Origin: Candidatus Omnitrophota bacterium
Lineage (GTDB): Bacteria > Omnitrophota > Gorgyraeia > Zapsychrales > JANLHA01
Assembly (NCBI GenBank): GCA_031423615.1
Contig: JANPFV010000106.1
Coordinates: 29 to 64,028, forward strand
DNA length: 64,000 bases
Direction of reading: 5' to 3'
Shown here piece by piece: positions 56,656 to 64,000 of this stretch. Made by a program: the position numbers and the translations under genes. The notes under the pieces were generated by a model. That model searched no databases, was not told the origin of the DNA, and saw only the letters and a program-made list of their open reading frames with translations. How positions within the stretch are numbered: position 1 is the stretch's first letter; the number at the start of each line of letters is the position of its first letter.

Positions 56656-59161
56656 TGTTTTCCGCCTCTTGTAAAGTTTTAATCAACTGCGGTCCCGCAA
56701 ACTGCGCCGGATCAACCGGAACATCAGCTTCCTTCCAAGGGTCCTTATAAGCGTCTACCGCTTCCTGAATACGGTGGTCAAGCTGACTGCAAATTCCCAA
56801 TGAATCTTCAATCAGAATTCCTTTTAAAACATCAATGCCGATCCGCTCGGCAAAACCATAGGTCCGCTCCAAATATTTGCCATGCTCGCGGTAATACTGA
56901 ATAAAGCGGCCGATGATTTTGAGCGCTTGCTCGTGGCTGTCGACGGTGCACAGCAGATCGCCTTTGCGCACCGTGGCTCCGGCCGCTCCGCCGATATAAA
57001 TTTCCCAAAAACCGCCTTCAATGGCCACCGCGCCAATGTCTTTCACATAAGCCTCAGAACAGTTGCGCGGACAACCCGCTGTTGCTAATTTCATTTTGTG
57101 GGGAGATTCGATCCCCTGAAAACGATGCTCTATTTTTTGCGCCAGCGCAATCGCATCGCCCAAACCATAACGACAAAAATCTGTTCCTACGCAACTCTTG
57201 CACGTGCGAAAAGATTTTGTATACGCATGTCCGCTGGGCATCCCGAGGTCTTTCCAAATATTTGGCAAGTCTTCCTTCTTGACACCGAGGAGGTCAATGC
57301 GCTGGCCGCCGGTGATTTTGACCATCTTGACCTGATATTTGACCGCCGCCTGAGCAATCGCCATCAATTCTTGGGGTGTTGTGACCCCGCCGTAAATCCG
57401 CGGCACGACCGAAAAAGTCCCGTCCTTTTGAATATTGGCGTGCACGCGATCATTAATAAAACGCGCGTCGCGCTGATCCTCATAGTCCTTGGGCCAAATG
57501 GTTTTCAACAAAGAGGCCAATCCCACCTTACTGTCGGTGTCTTCCTTGCCTTCGGCCAATTCCGCAAAAATCGCGCTGACCGACTTTAAATTTCGGACTT
57601 TGATTTCCGCAACCAACTGGGATTTTTCCAAGGGAATCCCGGGGGCATAATAATGTTCGCTGGGGTCATAAGAAACTTTTCCTAATTTGCTTTCAATAAT
57701 CTGGGCAATCAAACCCCGGCAAGACCCGCAACCCTTCCCCGCTTTTGTTCTTGCCCCGACGCTGGCGACAGTTTCACACCCGCTATCGATCGCATTGAGA
57801 ATTTTACCTTTCACAACTCCGTTACAATTACAAACCTGGGCATGATCCGGCAAATCCGCGACTTGAATAAATGCGGTGCCTTTAACTTCACCAAATAAAA
57901 GTTCAGAACGATTCTCAGCCACCGCTTGCTCATTTAAAAACATCTGGATCAAAACATCCGCCGCAGCCGCATCTCCCAGCAAAATCGCACCATGCAATTT
58001 ATTGTCGCGGATGATCAATTTTTTATAAATCCCCCGATGAGGCTCGCGGTAAACAACGACCTCATCGGTGTCAGCACCAGCCTCTTTCTCACCCAAAGAC
58101 ATTAAATCGACTCCCATCACTTTGAGTTTTGTCCCGATTTTGGAACCCCCATAAGCGGCCTGTGGATTAAATCCGCTGATCACATCCGCAACAACCCTCG
58201 CCTGCGCCCAAATCGGCTCGATTAGCCCATAAAGTTTCCCGCGGTGCTCAACACATTCCCCTACTGAAAAAATATGGGGATCATTGGTCCGCATTTGATC
58301 ATCACAGACAATCCCTTTGTTGACTTTTATTCCACTGTCCTGGGCGACTTCTATAATCGGGCGAATCCCGGCGCTGACGACGACCATGTCCGCCGGTATC
58401 GTTGATCCGTCGGAAAAAATAAGCGAATGGACTTTTCCGTCAACCTTATGGATTTTTGCGGTCTTGCGGTCGGTCAAAACGGTTAAGCCCATGCCTTCCA
58501 TAGTCCGTTTTAAAATCTGGCTGGATTCGACATCCAGTTGAGCGGGCATCAACTGTGGTGCGGCTTCAACAATGGTCACTTCCAAATGATGGGTCATAAG
58601 CCCGCGCGCGGCCTCCAGTCCCAACAATCCGCCGCCGATGACCACCGCCCGGCGGCATTGTTTGGCATAAGCGGCGATATGATCACAATCATCAATGGTG
58701 CGAAATAAAAACGTTCCCTCGCCGGAAAATCCTTCCATGGGCGGCACAAAAGGACGCGAACCGGTGGCCATAATCAAATAGTCATAGGTTTCTTTAATAT
58801 CTTTGATTACAAAAGCATTGTCATCATGGACCGCATAAGCTGCGGCCCGCGGCTGCAGCGGCCGACCCGTCACGATTTGCTCTTGCGTGTTGATTTTGAC
58901 CGCTTTGACACCGGCGTGTAGAACAATATTATTTTCTTGATACCAACTCAAAGGATTAATAAAAATATCACCGGCCTCCTGGGTTTGATTAAGCACATTG
59001 CTCAACAAAATACGATTATAATTGCCGTAAGGCTCGGCCCCGAACATGACAAAGTCAAATTGGCCCGGCGTTCTTCCGATAATTTCTTCTACCACCCTTG
59101 CCCCGGCCATGCCATTGCCGATCACCACGATTTTTTTCTTAGTCATATTTATCATTTTCAT
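56648..59161 (-). CDS. nirB: NAD(P)H-dependent nitrite reductase large subunit
   Basis: 837 aa; N-terminal FAD/NAD Rossmann (VVIGNGMAG), BFD-like 2Fe-2S, sirohaem/4Fe-4S sulfite-nitrite reductase domain (CxxxxxC...CxxxC). Confidence 0.9.
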   Translation of the reverse strand: MKMINMTKKKIVVIGNGMAGARVVEEIIGRTPGQFDFVMFGAEPYGNYNRILLSNVLNQTQEAGDIFINPLSWYQENNIVLHAGVKAVKINTQEQIVTGRPLQPRAAAYAVHDDNAFVIKDIKETYDYLIMATGSRPFVPPMEGFSGEGTFLFRTIDDCDHIAAYAKQCRRAVVIGGGLLGLEAARGLMTHHLEVTIVEAAPQLMPAQLDVESSQILKRTMEGMGLTVLTDRKTAKIHKVDGKVHSLIFSDGSTIPADMVVVSAGIRPIIEVAQDSGIKVNKGIVCDDQMRTNDPHIFSVGECVEHRGKLYGLIEPIWAQARVVADVISGFNPQAAYGGSKIGTKLKVMGVDLMSLGEKEAGADTDEVVVYREPHRGIYKKLIIRDNKLHGAILLGDAAAADVLIQMFLNEQAVAENRSELLFGEVKGTAFIQVADLPDHAQVCNCNGVVKGKILNAIDSGCETVASVGARTKAGKGCGSCRGLIAQIIESKLGKVSYDPSEHYYAPGIPLEKSQLVAEIKVRNLKSVSAIFAELAEGKEDTDSKVGLASLLKTIWPKDYEDQRDARFINDRVHANIQKDGTFSVVPRIYGGVTTPQELMAIAQAAVKYQVKMVKITGGQRIDLLGVKKEDLPNIWKDLGMPSGHAYTKSFRTCKSCVGTDFCRYGLGDAIALAQKIEHRFQGIESPHKMKLATAGCPRNCSEAYVKDIGAVAIEGGFWEIYIGGAAGATVRKGDLLCTVDSHEQALKIIGRFIQYYREHGKYLERTYGFAERIGIDVLKGILIEDSLGICSQLDHRIQEAVDAYKDPWKEADVPVDPAQFAGPQLIKTLQEAENNG

Positions 59162-59167
59162 TCTCCT

Positions 59168-59215
59168 TAAAACAGAAAAACCCCACCTTCCCGCTCATCC
59201 GACGGGAAAATGGGG
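59168..59215 (-). terminator. intrinsic terminator/attenuator hairpin in nirB leader, immediately upstream of the SD
   Basis: minus-strand RNA: CCCCAUUUUCCCG-UCGGAUGAG-CGGGAAGGUGGGG (13-bp stem incl. 2 GU) followed by UUUUUCUGUUUUAAGGAGAAUG. Confidence 0.6.
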
Positions 59216-59408
59216 CGTCAATGCCCAAGAACCACCCATAAAAAATCCCTGAGCCACGCGTACTGCCAATGCGTCGGTTCAGGGCATCAAAGTCCTTTAT
59301 CTGTTTCTTCCGCGAAACAACCTTATGACAACACTGCCTAAGGTTCCATGATTGTTTCTTTATAAAACATTCCTTCGACAGCGTCAATACCTAATTTTGT
59401 AGGTAGGA

Positions 59409-60272
59409 TCAGGGAAAGAAATAAATGCGCAAATATTCCCCCAGATCAATGCCGCGCTTAGCAATTCCCATTTTCTTGCGGATATGATTTCGATGATGCT
59501 CAACAGTCCGCACCGAGGTGGATAAAAGATCAGCCATGTCCTTGGTCGTCAGGCCATTTTTTAACATTTTGCAAATCTCAATCTCCCGGGAGGATAACCG
59601 CCACTTTTTGTCGGTCAATTTTACGGAAAAATCATCGGCAATGTCTCGCAGGGATTTTTCCAAAAGCAAAACATTTCGCCGGTCCAAAGCTGTTCCGTCC
59701 CGCTTTAAGCGCTCCAGCAATGGCCACACGGTTTGTTCAAGATTTTTCTGAATACTGTCCCGCAACTGACGCTTCTCGACATCCCGTCGATCGAGCCAAC
59801 CAAAAAGGACCGCATTGTTTTTTTCCACGGCCAGCTTTTGCCGGCCGAGTTTTTGTTTCGTAAGCCACAAGGTGCGTGCCATTTGGTAGCGTTCCGTAAT
59901 ATCCACAACACTCCCCCGCGTATTGATCAGTTTTCCCGCCTTGTCAAACCGCGCCGAAGCATTCAGCAAAACGTGGACCTGCCGGCCACTTTTGGTGACC
60001 ATGGTATAATTTAAATTCCGGATCTCTCCTGCGGTATTGATTTTTTGCCAATGCTGTTCAAACCGAACAGCTTCCGCCGGAATAATAAGATCTGACCAGC
60101 TTTTTTTCCCTACAATTTCTTCTTTGCGGTAGCCCAGCATATCCAATTCGGTCTTGTTTATGTCGATGATTTTGCGGTCTGGTCCGAACGCATGAAATCC
60201 GATGGGCGCATGATCAAAAAAATCCAGCAAATATTTACGATCAGAATTATTCAAACTTTTATTTGTCGGCAT
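59409..60272 (-). CDS. PAS-domain + LuxR/GerE-type HTH transcriptional regulator
   Basis: N-terminal PAS (FHAFGPDRKIIDINKTELDMLGY...), C-terminal LSSREIEICKMLKNGLTTKDMADLLSTSVRTVEHHRNHIRKKMG HTH. Confidence 0.75.
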   Translation of the reverse strand: MPTNKSLNNSDRKYLLDFFDHAPIGFHAFGPDRKIIDINKTELDMLGYRKEEIVGKKSWSDLIIPAEAVRFEQHWQKINTAGEIRNLNYTMVTKSGRQVHVLLNASARFDKAGKLINTRGSVVDITERYQMARTLWLTKQKLGRQKLAVEKNNAVLFGWLDRRDVEKRQLRDSIQKNLEQTVWPLLERLKRDGTALDRRNVLLLEKSLRDIADDFSVKLTDKKWRLSSREIEICKMLKNGLTTKDMADLLSTSVRTVEHHRNHIRKKMGIAKRGIDLGEYLRIYFFP

Positions 60273-60452
60273 AAACCCATCTCCTCCGCAAAGAACCCAC
60301 GCCGGGATAAAACTATAAAAAAATCTCTACGGCAACATTATCATGACGGACCACGGAGAGCAAAAAATCTATCCTAGGCGACAGATCCGGTGAATATTTG
60401 CTTGTTCCCCTAGAACTCGGGCAAGGAATAAGTAGGGTCTGTCCCTACTTAT

Positions 60453-60962
60453 TTATTTCTTAAAACCATGAATATCGATAGTCTCTTTGCCGTCTTTCAT
60501 GACAATCTCCATTTCATATCCATCCATCATATTAAACGTTTTCAGAAAATCCAGTGGATCGTCACTAGCAAGGTTTTGTTGAGCATGCGATGCGTACATC
60601 AATTTTATTTTCTTTGAGGTGATCCTTTCGATCCGGGCCCCCTCAAAAATCTCCTGCCCTTTTCTTTTATCCTCGGGAAGTTGAGCAATAAATTCTTTTA
60701 ACTGTTCAACATTTTGGGGCATTTCTTTCTTGGCCCCATAATACAAACTGATCAATGATAGGCTGGCGACGGCAGGCTCAAGAGTTTGCGTCATGACAAC
60801 TTTGCCAAATTCTGCCAAAGCATTATTATCATGAGTGTATTGAATGGCGCCGCTTTTCTTATCCAAAACAACTAAGTATCCAACAGAAAACATACTAAGA
60901 AATTTGGGGCTAAAGTAAACATACCAACTATCCGGATACTTGAGTTTGTGGCCCTCCCTCAT
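60453..60962 (-). CDS. hypothetical protein (no recognizable domain), in lower-GC islet
   Basis: ORF 179 aa (170 aa from first ATG); no SD; AT-richer than flanks. Confidence 0.35.
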   Translation of the reverse strand: MREGHKLKYPDSWYVYFSPKFLSMFSVGYLVVLDKKSGAIQYTHDNNALAEFGKVVMTQTLEPAVASLSLISLYYGAKKEMPQNVEQLKEFIAQLPEDKRKGQEIFEGARIERITSKKIKLMYASHAQQNLASDDPLDFLKTFNMMDGYEMEIVMKDGKETIDIHGFKK

Positions 60963-61072
60963 GGCCGTGTGAAAAAAATTGGGCCTAATCAAGCGGAGCC
61001 AAAACGTTCTGCTATAGCATAGGCTTTAAAATAGCGAAGCAAGACGTTGCACGCGTTTCCTCTTTATTCAAA

Positions 61073-61606
61073 TTAAGTTCTTACTTTTGCATCCTCGATA
61101 CAGTAAGCAAGAGCGATTTCCATCTTCAATTGCTCATCATTTATCACGGTAAGCCAATCCCAACAACATTTGGTGTATTCTAAGGAGTTTGTAAAATCAT
61201 CGCACATGATCTGCGGAGAATCGCGGGCAATAATGAGCTCTTCCTTTATAAAGAATTTTTTTCGCTTCTCTCCTGCCTTCAACACGGAGCCGAACTTCTC
61301 CACAAACGCAGCAAGGAGCTTCAATGGTGATAATCGGTCTATATTCGCGATCATAATATTGGGATAAATCTTAAATGCTGCGGCAACCAGCAACGTATCG
61401 TCATCATAGTCATGGGCCTCAATGAGCCAATAAAATGGTTTCGACCCCAATGAATCTTTTTTTGTGTAGACCCGAATCGTTCTGCCGATAAATTCAATAA
61501 TCTCTTCAGCGTCCTTGTCTCTGATAGCCGCAATGATTTGAGATTCAGTGATTTCGGAAGACCGATTTATCTTTATTTTGAGTATTGCGGGCAGTAAAAT
61601 TTTCAT
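61073..61606 (-). CDS. hypothetical protein (no recognizable domain), in lower-GC islet
   Basis: ORF 182 aa (TTG) or 177 aa from ATG 61606; weak SD. Confidence 0.35.
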   Translation of the reverse strand: MKILLPAILKIKINRSSEITESQIIAAIRDKDAEEIIEFIGRTIRVYTKKDSLGSKPFYWLIEAHDYDDDTLLVAAAFKIYPNIMIANIDRLSPLKLLAAFVEKFGSVLKAGEKRKKFFIKEELIIARDSPQIMCDDFTNSLEYTKCCWDWLTVINDEQLKMEIALAYCIEDAKVRT

Positions 61607-61674
61607 ACATCCGACTTTCAATTGTGATGATCACAACGCATCTGATCAATCTAAAAAACAAATTCCATTCCCTC

Positions 61675-61971
61675 TCATCCTCCCGCCACTGATCCTACGA
61701 CGAGGAAAGGTTCTTTGCCGAATGCGACAGCGTCAGGTAGGGACGTGTCGGGAGATTCGAGCGAAAAATCTTCCTGACAAGCAAAATAACGCAAAAAAGG
61801 ACGGCGCTTGAGAGTCACATGCTCGCGGATTGTGCCGCGCAACATCGGATATTTCATTTCGAGCGCATCAAGAAGCGTTTGGATAGTGAGCTTGCCTTTG
61901 ACGTCGAGCGTAACTTCCCCTTGGATAGCCGCTAATGTCTGAAGATGTGCTGGTAAAACGACGCGGATCAT
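61675..61971 (-). CDS. MoaD/ThiS-family ubiquitin-like sulfur-carrier-type protein ending in Gly-Gly
   Basis: 98 aa, C-terminus ...VVGSVAGG-stop; start ATG overlaps upstream BNR gene stop (ATGA). Confidence 0.6.
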   Translation of the reverse strand: MIRVVLPAHLQTLAAIQGEVTLDVKGKLTIQTLLDALEMKYPMLRGTIREHVTLKRRPFLRYFACQEDFSLESPDTSLPDAVAFGKEPFLVVGSVAGG

Positions 61972-63155
61972 TTGAACACTTGAGCCTCAACGGATAAAAC
62001 AGCGGGAAGATCGTGGACAATGGTTTCCCAGCTGTCACCGCCGTTTGGGGAAACATAAACTTGCCCGCCGGTTGTTCCAAAATAAATTCCGCAATCATCC
62101 AGTGTATCAACGGATGATGCATCGCGCAGAATATTGACGTAACAATCTTTTTGCGGCAAGCCTTTGGTAAGCGCTTCCCATTCGTTTCCTCCGGTCTTGC
62201 TGCGATAGACGCGGAGCTTGCCTTCGGGCGGAAAATGTTCCGAGTCACTTTTGATAGGAACAACGTAAACGGTTTTGGGGTCGTGGGCATGAACTTCAAT
62301 GGGAAACCCAAAATCCGTCGGCAGATTGCCGCTGATTTCGTGCCAGCTTTCTCCGCCGTTGTCACTGCGCATGACGTCCCAGTGTTTTTGCATATACAAA
62401 ACATCCGGCTTCGACGGGTGAAAAGCGATACGGTGAACACAGTGTCCGACTTGGGCTTCTGGATCCGGCATAAATTGTGATTTTAATCCGCGATTAATAG
62501 GCATCCACGTTTTTCCGGCATCATCCGTGCGGAATGCTCCGGCCGCGGAAATGGCAATAAACATACGGTTAGGATTTTTAGGGTCGAGCAAAATGGTGTG
62601 CAGACCCATGCCGCCCGCGCCGGGCATCCATTCTTTGCCGGATTTATGGCCGCGCAGGCCTGAAAGTTCTTTCCAATTTTTTCCCCCGTCTTTGGAAACG
62701 AACAGGGCCGCGTCTTCTGCTCCGGCGTAAACCAAATCAGGATCCGTGAGCGAGGGTTCCAAATGCCAGATACGCTTAAATTCCCAGGGATGCTGGGTGC
62801 CGTCATACCACTGGTGGGTTGTTAAAGCTCTTCCTGTTTTTTTTGCTGTGTCATAAACGAATTTATTGCTTTCCCCGAGAGTCCTGCCTTCGGGAGTTGT
62901 GGCGGTCTTCCCGGACGGTGTTCCGGGCTGGTGCCAGCTTTTTCCGCCGTCGTCGGAACGTTGGATGATCTGTCCGAACCAGCCGCTTGTTTGCGAGACG
63001 TAAATGCGCTGAGGGTCAATCGGAGAACCTTTGAGATGATAAATTTCCCATCCGGCGAAATGCGGCCCATCGACTTTCCACTGCTTACGAAGAGCGTCAG
63101 AGGTGAGAATGAAGGCGCCTTTCTTGGTTCCAACCAAAACTCGGACTTTACTCAT
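61968..63155 (-). CDS. BNR/Asp-box repeat beta-propeller protein (Ycf48/sialidase-like fold)
   Basis: five Asp-box motifs [40 protein letters not shown] spaced 55-100 aa. Confidence 0.75.
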   Translation of the reverse strand: MSKVRVLVGTKKGAFILTSDALRKQWKVDGPHFAGWEIYHLKGSPIDPQRIYVSQTSGWFGQIIQRSDDGGKSWHQPGTPSGKTATTPEGRTLGESNKFVYDTAKKTGRALTTHQWYDGTQHPWEFKRIWHLEPSLTDPDLVYAGAEDAALFVSKDGGKNWKELSGLRGHKSGKEWMPGAGGMGLHTILLDPKNPNRMFIAISAAGAFRTDDAGKTWMPINRGLKSQFMPDPEAQVGHCVHRIAFHPSKPDVLYMQKHWDVMRSDNGGESWHEISGNLPTDFGFPIEVHAHDPKTVYVVPIKSDSEHFPPEGKLRVYRSKTGGNEWEALTKGLPQKDCYVNILRDASSVDTLDDCGIYFGTTGGQVYVSPNGGDSWETIVHDLPAVLSVEAQVFK

Positions 63156-63248
63156 GGCCGCCTCCGTTTAAAATTAAAAGACGAGGTAATTATATCCACA
63201 ATAATTTTGACTATCAATTTTTAATTTTATTATTACAATAAACACATT

Positions 63249-64000
63249 ATGGATGCACAATTCTCCCCATCAGAAAAAATCCGTTACAGCCGCCAGACTA
63301 TTCTGCCCCCCGTGGGGTTAGACGGTCAGGCCAAATTAAAAAAGTCCCGAGTTCTTTTCGTCGGAGCCGGAGGTTTGGGCTCGGCGCCGGCGATTTATCT
63401 GACCGCCGCAGGTGTGGGCACAATCGGCTTGATTGATCCCGACACAGTCTCTCTTTCTAATTTGCACCGGCAAATTTTGCATTTTACTCCCGACATCGAC
63501 AAGCCTAAAGTCATTTCAGCCGCGGAAAAATTAGCCCAGATCAACCCCGACGTAAAAATTGTCCCCTATCAAGGTCGATTGACTGTACAAAACGCACTTT
63601 CCATAATCGGCGATTATGATGTGGTCATCGACGGGACAGACAACCTTCCTTCCCGCTATTTAATTAATGATGCGTGTTTCTTTTTAAAAAAGAATTTTAT
63701 TTTTGGCGGGGTGTTTCAATTTGAAGGCCAGGTCAGTGTTTTTGGCATAAACGGTCCCTGTTACCGCTGTATCTTTCGCGAAATGCCGTTACCAGAAGAA
63801 ATGCCGTCCTGTGCGCAAGCCGGCGTCATTGGCGTTATTCCCGGCATCATCGGCTTGATGCAAGCCAATGAAGCGATCAAGGGAATTTGCGGGATAGGAG
63901 AACCGCTCTTAGGCCGCCTGCTTATTTTTGACGCTTTGTCCGCTTTTTGGCGCGAAGTAAAAATTAAAAAAGACCCGGAGTGTCCTTTGTGCGGGACGCA
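63249..64000 (+). CDS. moeB: molybdopterin-synthase adenylyltransferase (ThiF/MoeB/HesA E1-like), 3' end beyond window
   Basis: not in ORF track (runs off window) but clear: YSRQTIL, FVGAGGLGSAPAIYLTAAGVG Rossmann, zinc CxxC pairs (CYRC ... CPLC) as in MoeB. Confidence 0.8.
   Translation, partial: MDAQFSPSEKIRYSRQTILPPVGLDGQAKLKKSRVLFVGAGGLGSAPAIYLTAAGVGTIGLIDPDTVSLSNLHRQILHFTPDIDKPKVISAAEKLAQINPDVKIVPYQGRLTVQNALSIIGDYDVVIDGTDNLPSRYLINDACFFLKKNFIFGGVFQFEGQVSVFGINGPCYRCIFREMPLPEEMPSCAQAGVIGVIPGIIGLMQANEAIKGICGIGEPLLGRLLIFDALSAFWREVKIKKDPECPLCGT

Noticed and set aside
61675-64000. Interpretation of the MoaD-like/MoeB pair as a Bil/Bub-type ubiquitin-like anti-phage conjugation system
   Set aside because: No E2-like, JAMM/DUB or effector gene is present. 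The E1 has the classical MoeB zinc CxxC pairs, and a Moco-dependent operon is adjacent. A Moco or sulfur-carrier role is more parsimonious, and the oddity is retained only as a finding.
1-64000. Search for CRISPR arrays, tRNA/rRNA genes, IS elements, integrases
   Set aside because: No regularly spaced direct repeats, no cloverleaf-compatible conserved tRNA motifs in the few intergenic gaps, and no transposase or integrase-like ORFs were seen. Intergenic space is too small (mostly under 100 bp) to hide such elements.

Overview
This is a 64 kb window of a gene-dense bacterial chromosome of moderate GC. Almost all genes lie on the minus strand and many are translationally coupled through ATGA-type overlaps. 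I found no rRNA, tRNA, CRISPR array, transposase or integrase.

Layout from 5' to 3':
(1) 1-6.4 kb: housekeeping genes. A K+/H+ antiporter with a TrkA-C tail, Tag glycosylase, a DUF748/AsmA-like protein, an SRPBCC protein, an ABC-F ATPase and a CPXCG zinc-ribbon protein.
(2) 6.4-9.7 kb: a stand-alone response regulator divergent from an otsB - GH15 (trehalase-like) pair.
(3) 9.7-23.5 kb: a long co-directional stress block. It holds succinate-semialdehyde dehydrogenase, acetolactate synthase, an unusual AlkP-like/TM/EEP fusion protein, two tandem DUF883 (ElaB-like) genes, a coupled GT4 + large (alpha/alpha)6 glycoside hydrolase pair, two BON/OsmY proteins, Dps and GtrA.
(4) 23.6-28 kb: a U32 peptidase - zinc-finger SDR - DbpA helicase operon.
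(5) 28-32.5 kb: a GHL10-like lipoprotein, a CE4 deacetylase, prfC and a short pyruvate kinase.
(6) 32.7-50.1 kb: a ~17 kb Wzx/Wzy-type polysaccharide locus. It runs from a PglC-like initiating transferase through the flippase, three GT2s, Gfo/Idh/MocA, a sulfotransferase + APS kinase (CysC), GH5, Wza, Wzz, Wzy-like, SGNH, a deacetylase, a GT2 and a B12-radical SAM to GalE, VanZ and an acetyltransferase. This strongly suggests a sulfated exopolysaccharide.
(7) 50.5-60.3 kb: a nitrate assimilation operon, nirB-nirD-narK-[fused 4Fe-4S/DmsC-like membrane subunit]-[Tat-less NasA/NarB-like Mo subunit]-MOSC. It lies behind a leader with an intrinsic terminator and a PAS-LuxR regulator.
(8) 60.4-64 kb: a lower-GC two-gene hypothetical islet, then a BNR beta-propeller coupled to a MoaD-like GG-terminal protein, divergent from moeB.

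The most interesting candidates are the embedded PAPS-sulfation module in the EPS locus, the non-canonical membrane-anchored partner of the assimilatory-type nitrate reductase, the U32-SDR-DbpA module (candidate rRNA/tRNA modification) and the BNR-MoaD pairing without MoaE.
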